NCBI GenBank assembly: GCA_039621445.1
Contig: CP154954.1
Span: forward strand, 2,604,001 to 2,668,000
DNA: 64,000 nucleotides
DNA from: Euglena gracilis
Taxonomy: Eukaryota
Direction: 5' to 3'
Position 1 is the first letter of the stretch. Every line of letters starts with the position of its first letter. This document shows positions 1 through 14,400 of this stretch, one piece after another. The notes beneath the pieces are model-generated. The model saw nothing but the letters and a program-made list of their open reading frames with translations. It had not been told where the DNA came from and made no database searches. Position numbers and translations under genes: made by a program.

Positions 1-504
1 CGAAGGGGTCCAAACTGGGTAGGATTCGCCAACCCCCCCTGGATAAGCCCCCCCCCCTTTGGACGGCCAAAAAATGTCAATTTTCAAAATATCTCCAAAA
101 TGAAGCCAAACCAAAGGAAATGTCCGGAGACCTAATTTGAAGCCCTTGGAACGCCCTATCTACCGGTATTTTGATTTCCCCGCAACTCCCCGCCTAGCCC
201 GAGATACGGCCGTTTTCGGCGCAGACGGCCGTTTTGTACACTTTTCCCTCTGTTCGACTTAGCCGTTTTCGGGGGGTGGGGGGTCAAAAAATCGATGTTT
301 TCAAAATTTCTCGAAAATGATGCAAAATCAAAGGAAATGTCCAGAGACCTAAATTGAAGCCCTTGGAACGCTCTATGTACTGTGATTTTGGTTTCCCCGC
401 AACTCACCGCCCAGCCCGAGATACGGCCGTTTTTTGGCCAATTTGGGCCATTTCAAGCCATTTTGTACACTTTTCCCTCTGTTCGACTTGGCCATTTTCG
501 GCCA
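1..504. repeat. Non-satellite flank of the satellite cassette (end of right flank + left flank with internal ~235-bp duplication)
   Basis: 1-30 (cgaaggggtccaaactgggtaggattcgcc) recurs at ~2239-2267 and ~15888-15917; 35-215 recurs at ~2270-2460; ~100-265 is duplicated at ~320-500. Confidence 0.8.
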
Positions 505-1920
505 AAAAGTCGAAAAAAATCGAAAAAATTTTTTTCGCCCGAAACGATGTTTTTTGGCCTCCCGGACCCGGAAAAACCGTTTTCGAGCCGAAAACGAGCG
601 TTTTTCGACCCGCCGGGGCCCCGTTTTGGGCCGCCGACCCATTGACTTTGGGTCAAAACCGGGTCAAAAAAGTCGAAAAAAATCGAAAAAATTTTTTTTG
701 CCCCAAAAGATTTATTTTTGGCGTCCGGGACCCGGGAAAACTGTTTTTTGTGCCGAAAACGAGCGTTTTTCGACCCGCCGGCGCCCCGTTTTGGGCCGCC
801 GACCCATTGACTTTGGGTCAAAACCGGGTCGAAAAAGTCGAAAAAAATCGAAAAAAAATTTTTTGCCCGAAACGATGTTTTTTGGCCTCCCAGACCCAGA
901 AAAACTGTTTTTCAGCCGAAAACGAGCGTTTTTCGACCCACCAGCGCCCCGTTTTGGGCCGCCGACCCATTGACTTTGGGTCAAAACCGGGTCGAAAAAG
1001 TCGAAAAAAATCGAAAATTTTTTTTGCCCGAAACGATGTTTTTTGGCCTCCCAGACCCGGAAAACTGTTTTTGAGCCGAAAACGAGCGTTTTTCGACCCG
1101 CCAGCGCCCCGTTTTGGACCGCCGACCCATTGACTTTGGGTCAAAACCGGGTCGAAAAAGTCGAAAAAAATCGAAAAATTTTATTTTGCCCGAAACGATG
1201 TTTTTTGGCCTCCCGGTCCCGGAAAAACTGTTTTTGAGCCGAAAACAAGCGTTTTTCGACCCGCCAGGGCCCCGTTCTGGGCCGCCGACCCATTGACTTT
1301 GGGTCAAAACCGGGTCGAAAAAGTCGAAAAAAATCGAAAAATTTTATTTTGCCCGAAACGATGTTTTTTGGCCTCCCAGACCCGGAAAACTGTTTTTGAG
1401 CCGAAAACGAGCGTTTTTCGACCCGCCAGCGCCCCGTTTTGGACCGCCGACCCATTGACTTTGGGTCAAAACCGGGTCAAAAAAGTCGAAAAAAATCGAA
1501 AAATTTATTTTGCCCGAAACGATGTTTTTTGGCCTCCCGGTCCCGGAAAAACTGTTTTTGAGCCGAAAACAAGCGTTTTTCGACCCGCCAGCGCCCCGTT
1601 TTGGGCCGCCGACCCATTGACTTTGGGTCAAAACCGGGTCGAAAAAGTCGAAAAAAATCGAAAAATTTTATTTTTGCCCGAAACGATGTTTTTTGGCCTC
1701 CCAGACCTGGAAAAACTGTTTTTCAGCCGAAAACGAGCGTTTTTCGACCCGCCAGCGCCCCGTTTTGGGCCGCCGACCCCGTTGACTTTGGGTCAAAACC
1801 GGTCGAAAAAGTCGAAAAAAAATCGAAATTTTTTTTTTTTGCCCGAACATAAAATGTTTTTGGCCTCCCGGGACCCGTAAAAACTGTTTTCGAGCCTAAA
1901 TGACCTTTTTTGACGCCAAC
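505..1920. repeat. Satellite array 1, ~163-bp monomer, ~8-9 copies
   Basis: Tandem monomer gtcgaaaaaaatcgaaaaaattttttttgcccgaaacgatgttttttggcctcccggacccagaaaaactgtttttgagccgaaaacgagcgtttttcgacccgccagcgccccgttttgggccgccgacccattgactttgggtcaaaaccgggtcgaaaaa read directly. Confidence 0.97.
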
Positions 1921-2465
1921 ACCGGCGCCCTGTTTTCTGGCACCAACCCATGGATTTTTCAGGCAAAAGAGCTCCCATGGATTGGCGGTATGTATGGAGG
2001 GTCGCTGAGCTCTTATCCCTTGTATGGGTAAGAGCGAAGCTTACCCCTGGGGAAAACCCTCCCCGAACCCCCCCCCTCCCCCCCCCCCCTCGGGCCCCTC
2101 GGAACCGCGGATTATCACCATGATCCCGGCCCCGTTCCCACATTTTTTTTTTTTCAGCAAGAGCGACTGGATGTCCTAGTTTCCGAATCACCTGGGTTTG
2201 ACCCCCAACATCCCCGGCCAGGCCGATTTATTCAAGCGCGAAGGGGTCCAACTGGGTATGATTCGCCACGCACCCCTGGATAAGCCCCCGCCCCCCTTTT
2301 GGACGGCCAAAAATCGTCAATATTTCAAAATTCTCCAAATGAAGCCAAACAAAGGAAATGTCCGATACCTAATTTGAAGCCCTTGGAACAGCCCTATCTA
2401 ACTACCGGTAATTTTGATTTCCCCGCCACTCCCCGGCCTAGCCCGAGTAACGGCGTTTCGGCGAA
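1921..2465. repeat. Cassette junction: right flank of array 1 joined to left flank of array 2
   Basis: 1921-2267 matches 15505-15917 (except a ~50-bp indel); 2270-2460 matches 35-215. Confidence 0.8.
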
Positions 2466-4960
2466 AGTCGAAAAAAATCGAAAAAAAATTTTTTGCCCGA
2501 AACGATGTTTTTTGGCCTCCCGGACCCGGAAAAACTGTTTTTGAGCCGAAAACGAGCGTTTTTCGACCCGCCGTCGCCCCGTTTTGGGCCGCCGACCCAT
2601 TGACTTTGGGTCAAAACCGGGTCGAAAAAGTCGAAAAAAATCGAAAAATTTTTTTGCCCGAAACGATGTTTTTTGGCCTCCCAGACCCAGAAAAACTGTT
2701 TTTTAGCCGAAAACGAGCGTTTTTCGACCCGCCAGCGCCCCGTTTTGGGCCGCCGACCCATTGACTTTGGGTCAAAACCGGGTCGAAAAAGTCGAAAAAA
2801 ATCGAAAAAATTTTTTTTTGCCCGAAACGATGTTTTTTGGCCTCCCAGACCCAGAAAAACTGTTTTTGAGCCGAAAACGAGCGTTTTTCGACCCGCCAGC
2901 GCCCCGTTTTGGGCCGCCGACCCATTGACTTTGGGTCAAAACCGGGTCGAAAAAGTCGAAAAAAATCGAAAAAAAATTTTTTTGCCCGAAACGATGTTTT
3001 TTGGCCTCCGGGACCCGGAAAAACTGTTTTGAGCCGAAAACGAGCGTTTTTCGACCCGCCAGCGCCCCGTTTTGGGCCGCCGACCCATTGATTTTGGGTC
3101 AAAACCGGGTCGAAAAAGTCGAAAAAAATCGAAAAAAATTTTTTTTGCCCGAAACGATGTTTTTTGGCCTCCCGGACCCAGAAAAACTTTTTTTGGGCCG
3201 AAAACGAGCGTTTTTCGACCCGCCAGCGCCCCGTTTTGGGCCGCCGACCCATTGACTTTGGGTCAAAACCGGGTCGAAAAAGTCGAAAAAAATCGAAAAA
3301 AATTTTTTGCCCGAAACGATGTTTTTTGGCCTCCCGGACCCAGAAAAAACTGTTTTTGAGCCGAAAACGAGCGTTTTTCGACCCGCCAGCGCCCCGTTTT
3401 GGGCCGCCGACCCATTGACTTTGGGTCAAAACCGGGTCGAAAAAGTCGAAAAAAATCGAAAAAAATTTTTTTGCCCGAAACGATGTTTTTGGCCTCCCGG
3501 GCCCGGAAAAACTGTTTTTGAGCCGAAAACGAGCGTTTTTCGACCCACCAGCGCCCCGTTTTGGGCCGCCGACCCATTGACTTTGGGTCAAAACCGGGTC
3601 GAAAAAGTCGAAAAAAATCGAAAAAATTTTTTTTGCTCGAAACGATGTTTTTGTGCCTCCCGGACCCAGAAATACTGTTTTGTCAGCCGAAAACGAGCGT
3701 TTTTCGACCCGCCAGCGCCCCGTTTTGGGCCGCCGACCCATTGACTTTGGGTCAAAACCGGGTCGAAAAAGTCGAAAAAAATCGAAAAAATTTTTTTTGC
3801 CCGAAACGATGTTTTTTGGCCTCCCGGACCCAGAAAAACTGTTTTTGAGCCGAAAACGAGCGTTTTTCGACCCGCCAGCGCCCCGTTTTGGGCCGCCGAC
3901 CCATTGACTTTGGGTCAAAACCGGGTCGAAAAAGTCGAAAAAAATCGAAAAAATTTTTTTTTTGCCCGAAACGATGTTTTTTGGCCTCCCGGACCCAGAA
4001 AAACTGTTTTTGAGCCGAAAACGAGCGTTTTTCGACCCGCCAGCGCCCCGTTTTGGGCCGCCGACCCATTGACTTTGGGTCAAAACCGGGTCGAAAAAGT
4101 CGAAAAAAATCGAAAAAATTTTTTTTTGCCCGAAACGATGTTTTTTGGCCTCCCGGACCCAGAAAAACTGTTTTTGAGCCGAAAACGAGCGTTTTTCGAC
4201 CCGCCAGCGCCCCGTTTTGGGCCGCCGACCCATTGACTTTGGGTCAAAACCGGGTCGAAAAAGTCGAAAAAAATCGAAAAAAATTTTTTTTGCCCGAAAC
4301 GATGTTTTTTGGCCTCCCGGACCCAGAAAAACTGTTTTTGAGCCGAAAACGAGCGTTTTTCGACCCGCCAGCGCCCCGTTTTGGGCCGCCGACCCATTGA
4401 CTTTGGGTCAAAACCGGGTCGAAAAAGTCGAAAAAAATCGAAAAAAAATTTTTTTTTGCCCGAAACGATGTTTTTTCGCTGGCCTCCCCGACCCAGAACA
4501 ACTGTTTTTTGAGCTAAAAACGAGCGTTTTTCAACCCGCCAGCGCCCCCTTTTGGGCCGCCGACCCATTGACTTTGGGTCAAAACCGGGTCAAAAAAGTC
4601 GCAAAAAATCGAAAAAGTTTTTTCTTTGCCCGAAACGATGTTTTTTGGCCTCCCGGACCCAGAAAAACTGTGTTTTAGCCGAAAACGAGCGTTTTTCGAC
4701 CCGCCAGCGCCCCGTTTTGGGCCGCCGACCCATTGACTTTGGGTCAAAACCGGGTCGAAAAAGTCGAAAAAAATCGAAAAAAATTTTTTTGCCCGAAACG
4801 ATGTTTTTTGGCCTCCCGGACCCAGAAAAACTGTTTTTGAGCCGAAAACGAGCGTTTTTTGACTCGCCAGCGCCCCGTTTTGGGCCGCCGACCCATTGAC
4901 TTTGGGTCAAAACCGGGTCGAAAAAGTCGAAAAAAATCGAAAAAATTTTTTTTGCCCGAA

Positions 4961-4994
<34 letters not shown>

Positions 4995-7900
4995 CGAGGT
5001 TTTGTTTGGGTCCGTCACGGGTGGAGGGGCGGGGCGCAGAGAGAAACGTTGGCTGTTTTGAGCCGAAAACGAGCGTTTTTCGACCCGCCAGCGCCCCGTT
5101 TTGGGCCGCCGACCCATTGACTTTGGGTCAAAACCGGGTCGAAAAAGTCGAAAAAAATCGAAAAAATTTTTTTTGCCCGAAACGATGTTTTTTGGCCTCC
5201 CGGACCCAGAAAAACTGTTTTTGAGCCGAAAACGAGCGTTTTTCGACCCGCCAGCGCCCCGTTTTGGGCCGCCGACCCATTGACTTTGGGTCAAAACCGG
5301 GTCGAAAAAGTCGAAAAAAATCGAAAAAATTTTTTTTGCCCGAAACGATGTTTTTGGCCTCCCGGACCCAGGAAAAACTGTTTTTGAGCCGAAAACGAGC
5401 TTTTTTCGACCCGCCAGCGCCCCGTTTTGGGCCGCCGACCCATTGACTTTGGGTCAAAACCGGGTCGAAAAAGTCGAAAAAAATCGAAAAAAATTTTTTT
5501 GCCCGAAACGATGTTTTTTTGGCCTCCCGGACCCAGAAAAACTGTTTTTGAGCCGAAAACGAGCGCTTTCGACCCGCCAGCGCCCCGTGTTGGGCCGCCA
5601 ACCCATTGACTTTGGGTCAAAACCGGTCAAAAAAGTCCAAAAAAATCGAAAAAATTTTTTTGCCCGAAACGATGTTTTTTGGCCTCCCGGACCCAGAAAA
5701 ACTGTTTTTGAGCCGAAAACGAGCGTTTTTCGACCCGCCAGCGCCCCGTTTTGGGCCGCCGACCCATTGACTTTGGGTCAAAACCGGGTCGAAAAAGTCG
5801 AAAAAAATCGAAAAAGATTTTTTTGCCCGAAACGATGTTTTTTGGCCTCCCGGACCCAGAAAAACTGTTTTTGAGCCGAAAACGAGCGTTTTTCGACCCG
5901 CCAGCGCCCCGTTTTGGGCCGCCGACCCATTGACTTTGGGTCAAAACCGGGTCGAAAAAGTCGAAAAAAATCGAAAAATTTTTTTGCCCGAAACGATGTT
6001 TTTTTGGCCTCCCAGACCCAGAAAAACTGTTTTTCAGCCGAAAACGAGCGTTTTTCGACCCGCCAGCGCCCCGTTTTGGGCCGCCGACCCATTGACTTTG
6101 GGTCAAAACCGGGTCGAAAAAGTCGAAAAAATCGAAAAAATTTTTTTTTGCCAGAAACGATGTTTTTTGGCCTCCCGGACCCAGAAAAACTGTTTTTGAG
6201 CAGAAAACGAGAATTTTTCGACACGCCAGCGCCCCGTTTTGGGCCGCCGACCCATTGACTTTGGGTCAAAACCGGGTCGAAAAAGTCGAAAAAAATCGAA
6301 AAATAATTTTTTTGCCCGAAACGATGTTTTTTGGCCTCCCGGACCCAGAAAAACTGTTTTTTTTTTTTTTTCGAGCGTTTTTCGACCCGCCAGCGCCCCG
6401 TTTTGGGCCGCCGACCCATTGACTTTGGGTCAAAACCGGGTCGAAAAAGTCGAAAAAAATCGAAAAAAATTTTTTTGCCCGAAACGATGTTTTTTGGCCT
6501 CCCGGACCCAGAAAAACTGTTTTTGAGCTGAAAACGAGCGTTTTTCGACCCCCCACCGCCGCGTTTTGGGCCGCCGACCCATTGACTTTGGGTCAAAACC
6601 GGGTCGAAAAAGTCGAAAAATCCAAAAAAAATTTTTTTGCCCGAAACGATGTTTTTTTGGCCTCCCCGGAAAAAAAAACTGTTTTTTGAGCCGAAAAAAC
6701 CAACGAGCCGTTTTTCGACCCGCCAGCGCCGTTTTTTTCGCCCCGTTTTGGGCCGCCGACCCATTGACTTTGGGTCAAAACCGGGTCGAAAAAGTCGAAA
6801 AAAATCGAAAAAAAAAATTTTTTTTGCCCGAAACGATGTTTTTTGGCACAGGCCACGTTGGGCCGCCCGACCACATGGGACTTTGGGTCAGAAACCGGAG
6901 GTCGAAAAAAGTCCGAAAAAAAATCGAAAAAAAAATTTTGCCGAAACGATTTTTTGGGCCTCCCGGACCCAGAAAAAAACTGTTTTTGAGCCGAAAACGA
7001 GCGTTTTTCGACCCGCCAGCGCCCCGTTTTGGGCCGCCGACCCATTGACTTTGGGTCAAAACCGGGTCGAAAAAGTCGAAAAAAATCGAAAAAAATTTTT
7101 TTTTGCCCGAAACGATGTTTTTTGGCCTCCCGGACCCAGAAAAACTGTTTTTGAGCCGAAAACGAGCGTTTTTCGACCCGCCAGCGCCCCGTTTTGGGCC
7201 GCCGACCCATTGACTTTGGGTCAAAACCGGGTCGAAAAAGTCGAAAAAAATCGAAAAAATTTTTTTGCCCGAAACGATGTTTTTGGGCTTCCGGGCCCAG
7301 AAAAAATTGTTTTTGATCGGAAAACGAGCTTTTTTCGACCCGCCAGCACACCGTTTTTGGCCGCCAACCCATTGACTTTATGTCAAAAAAAGGTCGAAAA
7401 AGTCAAAAAAAAACGAAAAAAAAAATTTTTTTTGCCCGAAACGATGTTTTTTGGCCTCCCGGACCCAGAAAAACTGTTTTTGAGCCGAAAACGAGCGTTT
7501 TTCGACCCGCCAGCGCCCCGTTTTGGGCCGCCGACCCATTGACTTTGGGTCAAAACCGGGTCGAAAAAGTCGAAAAAAATCGAAAAATTTTTTTTGCCCG
7601 AAACGATGTTTTTTGGCCTCCCGGACCCAGAAAAACTGTTTTTGAGCCGAAAACGAGCGTTTTTCGACCCGCCAGCGCCCCGTTTTGGGCCGCCGACCCA
7701 TTGACTTTGGGTCAAAACCGGGTCGAAAAAGTCGAAAAAAATCGAAAAAATTTTTTTGCCCGAAACGATGTTTTTGCGCCTCCCGGACCCAGAAAAACTG
7801 TTTTTGAGCCGAAAACGAGCGTTTTTCGACCCGCCAGCGCCCCGTTTTGGGCCGCCGACCCATTGACTTTGGGTCAAAACCGGGTCGAAAAAGTCGAAAA

Positions 7901-8458
7901 AAATCGAAAAAATTTTTTGCCCGAAACGATGTTTTTTGGCCTCCCGGACCCAGAAAAACTGTTTTTGAGCCGAAAACGAGCGTTTTTCGACCCGCCAGCG
8001 CCCCGTTTTGGGCCGCCGACCCATTGACTTTGGGTCAAAACCGGGTCGAAAAAGTCGAAAAAAATCGAAAAAATTTTTTTGCCCGAAACGATGTTTTTTG
8101 GCCTCCCGGACCCAGAAAAAGACTGTTTTTGAGCCGAAAACGAGCGTTTTTCGACCCGCCAGCGCCCCGTTTTGGGCCGCCGACCCATTGACTTTGGGTC
8201 AAAACCGGGTCGAAAAAGTCGAAAAAATCGAAAAAAATTTTTTTGCCCGAAACGATGTTTTTTGGCCTCCCGGACCCAGAAAAACTGTTTTTGAGCCGAA
8301 AACGAGCGTTTTTCGACCCGCCAGCGCCCCGTTTTGGGCCGCCGACCCATTGACTTTGGGTCAAAACCGGGTCGAAAAAGTCGAAAAAATCTGAAAATTT
8401 TATTCGTTGCCCGACGACGAAACGATGTTTTTGGCCTCCCGGTCCCGGAGAAAGAAAA

Positions 8459-8496
<38 letters not shown>

Positions 8497-11400
8497 GTTT
8501 TTGACCCGAAAACGAGCGTTTTTCGACCCGCCAGCGCCCCGTTTTGGGCCGCCGACCCATTGACTTTGGGTCAAAACCGGGTCGAAAAAGTCGAAAAAAA
8601 TCGAAAAAAATTTTTTTGCCCGAAACGATGTTTTTTGGTTTTTTTGACCCGGAAAAACTGTTTTTGAGCCGAAAACGAGCGTTTTTCGACCCGCCAGCGC
8701 CCCGTTTTGGGCCGCCGACCCATTGACTTTGGGTCAAAACCGGGTCGAAAATGGCGAAAAAAATCGAAAAAATTTTTTTGCCCGAAACGATGTTTTTTGG
8801 CCTCCCGGACCCAGAAAAAATGTTTTTTGGCCGAATATGAGCGTTTTTCGACCCGCCAGCGCCCCGTTTTGGGCCGCCGACCCATTGACTTTGGGTCAAA
8901 ACCGGGTCGAAAAAGTCGAAAAAAATCGAAAAATTTTTTTTGCCCGAAACGATGTTTTTTGGCCTCCCGGACCCAGAAAAACTGTTTTTGAGCCGAAAAC
9001 GAGCGTTTTTCGACCCGCCAGCGCCCCGTTTTGGGCCGCCGACCCATTGACTTTGGGTCAAAACCGGGTCGAAAAAGTCGAAAAAATTTTTTTTGCCCGA
9101 AACGATGTTTTTTGGCCTCCCGGACCCAGAAAAACTGTTTTTGAGCCGAAAACGAGCGTTTTTCGACCCGCCAGCGCCCCGTTTTGGGCCGCCGACCCAT
9201 TGACTTTGGGTCAAAACCGGGTCGAAAAAGTCGAAAAAAATCGAAAAAAATTTTTTTGCCCGAAACGATGTTTTTTGGCCTCCCGGACCCAGAAAAAACT
9301 GTTTTTGAGCCGAAAACGAGCGTTTTTCGACCCGCCAGCGCCCCGTTTTGGGCCGCCGACCCATTGACTTTGGGTCAAAACCGGGTCGAAAAAGTCGAAA
9401 AAAATCGAAAAAATTTTTTTGCCCGAAACGATGTTTTTTGGCCTCCCGGACCCAGAAAAACTGTTTTTGAGCCGAAAACGAGCGTTTTTCGACCCGCCAG
9501 CGCCCCGTTTTGGGCCGCCGACCCATTGACTTTGGGTCAAAACCGGGTCGAAAAAGTCGAAAAAAATCGAAAAAATTTTTTTTGCCCGAAACGATGTTTT
9601 TGGCCTCCCGGACCCAGAAAAACTGTTTTTGAGCCGAAAACGAGCGTTTTTCGACCCGCCAGCGCCCCGTTTTGGGCCGCCGACCCATTTATGGGTCAAA
9701 ACCGGGTCGAAAAAGTAAAAAAAAAATCGAAAAATTTTTTTTGCCCGAAACGATGTTTTTTGGCCTCCCGGACCCGGAAAAACTGTTTTTGAGCCGAAAA
9801 CGAGCGTTTTTCGACCCGCCAGCGCCCCGTTTTGGGCCGCCGACCCATTGACTTTGGGTCAAAACCGGGTCGAAAAAGTCGAAAAAAAAATCGAAAAATT
9901 TTTTTTTGCCCGAAACGATGTTTTTTGGCCTCCCGGACCCAGAAAAACTGTTTTTTTAGCCGAAAACGAGCGTTTTTCGACCCGCCAGCGCCCCGTTTTG
10001 GGCCGCCGACCCATTGACTTTGGGTCAAAACCGGGTCAAAAAAGTCGAAAAAAATCGAAAAAAATTTTTTTTGCCCGAAACGATGTTTTTTGGCCTCCCG
10101 GACCCAGAAAAACTGTTTTTGAGCCGAAAACGAGCGTTTTTCGACCCGCCAGCGCCCCGTTTTGGGCCGCCGACCCATTGACTTTGGGTCAAAACCGGGT
10201 CGAAAAAGTCGAAAAAATCGAAAATTTTTTTTTTGCCCGAAACGATGTTTTTTGGCCTCCCGGACCCAGAAAAACTGTTTTTGAGCCGAAAACGAGCGTT
10301 TTTCGACCCGCCAGCGCCCCGTTTTGGGCCGCCGACCCATTGACTTTGGGTCAAAACCGGGTCGAAAAAGTCGAAAAAAATCGAAAAAAATTTTTTTTGC
10401 CCGAAACGATGTTTTTTGGCCTCCCGGACCCAGAAAAACTGTTTTTAGCCGAAAACGAGCGTTTTTCGACCCGCCAGCGCCCCGTTTTGGGCCGCCGACC
10501 CATTGACTTTGGGTCAAAACCGGGTCGAAAAAGTCGAAAAAAATCGAAAAAATTTTTTTTGCCCGAAACGATGTTTTTTGGCCTCCCGGACCCAGAAAAA
10601 CTGTTTTTTGAGCCGAAAACGAGCGTTTTTCGACCCGCCAGCGCCCCGTTTTGGGCCGCCGACCCATTGACTTTGGGTCAAAACCGGGTCGAAAAAGTCG
10701 AAAAAAATCGAAAAAAATTTTTTTTGCCCGAAACGATGTTTTTTGGCCTCCCGGACCCAGAAAAACTGTTTTTGAGCCGAAAACGAGCGTTTTTCGACCC
10801 GCCAGCGCCCCGTTTTGGGCCGCCGACCCATTGACTTTGGGTCAAAACCGGGTCGAAAAAGTCGAAAAAAATCGAAAAAAATTTTTTGCCCGAAACGATG
10901 TTTTTTGGCCTCCCGGACCCAGAAAAACTGTTTTTTGAGCCGAAAACGAGCGTTTTTCGACCCGCCAGCGCCCCGTTTTGGGCCGCCGACCCATTGACTT
11001 TGGGTCAAAACCGGGTCGAAAAAGTCGAAAAAAATCGAAAAAAATTTTTTGCCCGAAACGATGTTTTTTGGCCTCCCGGACCCAGAAAAACTGTTTTTGA
11101 GCCGAAAACGAGCGTTTTTCGACCCGCCAGCGCCCCGTTTTGGGCCGCCGACCCATTGACTTTGGGTCAAAACCGGGTCGAAAAAGTCGAAAAAAATCGA
11201 AAAAAATTTTTTGCCCGAAACGATGTTTTTTGGCCTCCCGGACCCAGAAAAAACTGTTTTTGAGGTGAAAACGAGCGTTTTTCGACCCGCCAGCGCCCCG
11301 TTTTGGGCCGCCGACCCATTGACTTTGGGTCAAAACCGGGTCGAAAAAGTCGAAAAAAATCGAAAAAAATTTTTCTGCCCGAAACGATGTTTTTTGGCCT

Positions 11401-14400
11401 CCCGGACCCAGAAAAACTGTTTTTGAGCCAAAAACGAGCGTTTTTCGACCCGCCAGCGCCCCGTTTTGGGCCGCCGACCCATTGACTTTGGGTCAAAACC
11501 GGGTCGAAAAAGTCGAAAAAAATCGAAAAAAATTTTTTTGCCCGAAACGATGTTTTTGGCCTCCCGGACCCAGAAAAACTGTTTTTGAGCCGAAAACGAG
11601 CGTTTTTCGACCCGCCAGCGCCCCGTTTTGGGCCGCCGACCCATTGACTTTGGGTCAAAACCGGGTCGAAAAAGTCGAAAAAAATCGAAAAATTTTTTTG
11701 CCCGAAACGATGTTTTTTGGCCTCCCGGACCCAGAAAAACTGTTTTTGAGCCGAAAACGAGCGTTTTTCGACCCGCCAGCGCCCCGTTTTGGGCCGCCGA
11801 CCCATTGACTTTGGGTCAAAACCGGGTCGAAAAAGTCGAAAAAAATCGAAAAAAATTTTTTGCCCGAAACGATGTTTTTTTGGCCTCCCGGACCCAGAAA
11901 AACTGTTTTTGAGCCGAAAACGAGCGTTTTTCGACCCGCCAGCGCCCCGTTTTGGGCCGCCGACCCATTGACTTTGGGTCAAAACCGGGTCGAAAAAGTC
12001 GAAAAAATCGAAAAAAAATTTTTTGCCCGAAACGATGTTTTTTGGCCTCCCGGACCCAGAAAAACTGTTTTTCAGCCGAAAACGAGCGTTTTTCGACCCG
12101 CCAGCGCCCCGTTTTGGGCCGCCGACCCATTGACTTTGGGTCAAAACCGGGTCGAAAAAGTCGAAAAAAATCGAAAAAAATTTTTTTGCCCGAAACGATG
12201 TTTTTTGGCCTCCCGGACCCAGAAAAACTGTTTTTGAGCCGAAAACGAGCGTTTTTCGACCCGCCAGCGCCCCGTTTTGGGCCGCCGACCCATTGACTTT
12301 GGGTCAAAACCGGGTCGAAAAAGTCGAAAAAAATCGAAAATTTTTTTTGCCCGAAACGATGTTTTTTGGCCTCCAGAACCAGAAAAATTCTTTTTTTGCC
12401 GAAAAAACGAGCGTTTTTCGACCCGCCAGCGCCCCGTTTTGGGCCGCCGACCCATTGACTTTGGGTCAAAACCGGGTCGAAAAAGTCGAAAAAAATCGAA
12501 AAAATTTTTTTTGCCCGAAACGATGTTTTTTGGCCTCCCGGACCCAGAAAAACTGTTTTTGAGCCGAAAACGAGCGTTTTTCGACCCGCCAGCGCCCCGT
12601 TTTGGGCCGCCGACCCATTGACTTTGGGTCAAAACCGGGTCGAAAAAGTCGAAAAAAATCGAAAAAATTTTTTGCCCGAAACGATGTTTTTTTGGCCTCC
12701 CAGACCCAGAAAAACTGTTTTTTAGCCGAAAACGAGCGTTTTTCGACCCGCCAGCGCCCCGTTTGTGGACACCTAACCATTGATTTTGGGTCAAAACCGG
12801 GTCGAAAAAGTCGAAAAAATCGAAAAAAATTTTTTTTGCCCGAAACGATGTTTTTTGGCCTCCCGGACCCAGAAAAACTGTTTTTGAGCCGAAAACGAGC
12901 GTTTTTCGACCCGCCAGCGCCCCGTTTTGGGCCGCCGACCCATTGACTTTGGGTCAAAACCGGGTCGAAAAAGTCGAAAAAAATCGAAAAAAATTTTTTT
13001 GCCCGAAACGATGTTTTTTGGCCTCCCGGACCCAGAAAAACTGTTTTTGAGCCGAAAACGAGCGTTTTTCGACCCGCCAGCGCCCCCTTTTGGGCCGCCG
13101 ACCCATTGACTTTGGGTCAAAACCGGGTCGAAAAAGTCGAAAAAAATCGAAAAAAAATTTTTTGCCCGAAACGATGTTTTTTGGCCTCCCGGACCCAGAA
13201 AAACTGTTTTTGAGCCGAAAACGAGCGTTTTTCGACCCGCCAGCGCCCCGTTTTGGGCCGCCGACCCATTGACTTTGGGTCAAAACCGGGTCGAAAAAGT
13301 CGAAAAAAATCGAAAAAAAATTTTTTGCCCGAAACGATGTTTTTTGGCCTCCCGGACCCAGAAAAACTGTTTTTGAGCCGAAAACGAGCGTTTTTCGACC
13401 CGCCAGCGCCCCGTTTTGGGCCGCCGACCCATTGACTTTGGGTCAAAACCGGGTCGAAAAAGTCGAAAAAAGTCGAAAAAATTTTTTTGCCCGAAACGAT
13501 GTTTTTGGCCTCCCGGACCCAGAAAAACTGTTTTTGAGCCGAAAACGAGCGTTTTTCGACCCGCCAGCGCCCCGTTTTGGGCCGCCGACCCATTCATTGA
13601 CTTTGGGTCAAAACCGGGTCGAAAAAGTCGAAAAAAATCGAAAAATTTTTTTGCCCGAAACGATGTTTTTTGGCCTCCCGGACCCAGAAAAACTGTTTTT
13701 GAGCCGAAAACGAGCGTTTTTCGACCCGCCAGCGCCCCCTTTTGGGCCGCCGACCCATTGACTTTGGGTCAAAACCGGGTCGAAAAAGTCGAAAAAAGTC
13801 GAAAAAATTTTTTTGCCCGAAACGATGTTTTTTGGCCTCCCAGACCCAGAAAAACTGTTTTTCAGCCGAAAACGAGCGTTTTTCGACCCGCCAGCGCCCC
13901 GTTTTGGGCCGCCGACCCATTGACTTTGGGTCAAAACCGGGTCGAAAAAGTCGAAAAAAATCGAAAAAAATTTTTTTGCCCGAAACGATGTTTTTTGGCC
14001 TCCCGGACCCAGAAAAACTGTTTTTGAGCCGAAAACGAGCGCTTTTCGACCCGCCAGCGCCCCGTTTTGGGCCGCCGACCCATTGACTTTGGGTCAAGGT
14101 CGAAAAAGTCGAAAAAAGTCGAAAAAAATTTTTTTGCCCGAAACGATGTTTTTTGGCCTCCCGGACCCAGAAAAACTGTTTTTGAGCCGAAAACGAGCGT
14201 TTTTCGACCCGCCAGCGCCCCGTTTTGGGCCGCCGACCCATTGACTTTGGGTCAAAACCGGGTCGAAAAAGTCGAAAAAAATCGAAAAAAAATTTTTTGC
14301 CCGAAACGATGTTTTTTGGCCTCCCGGACCCAGAAAAACTGTTTTTGAGCCGAAAACGAGCGTTTTTCGACCCGCCAGCGCCCCGTTTTGGGCCGCCGAC

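Noticed and set aside
4961-5052. Long G-run insert in the satellite (also the A-run at 8460-8494)
   Set aside because: Replaces part of one monomer without changing flanking phase; typical low-quality consensus artefact.
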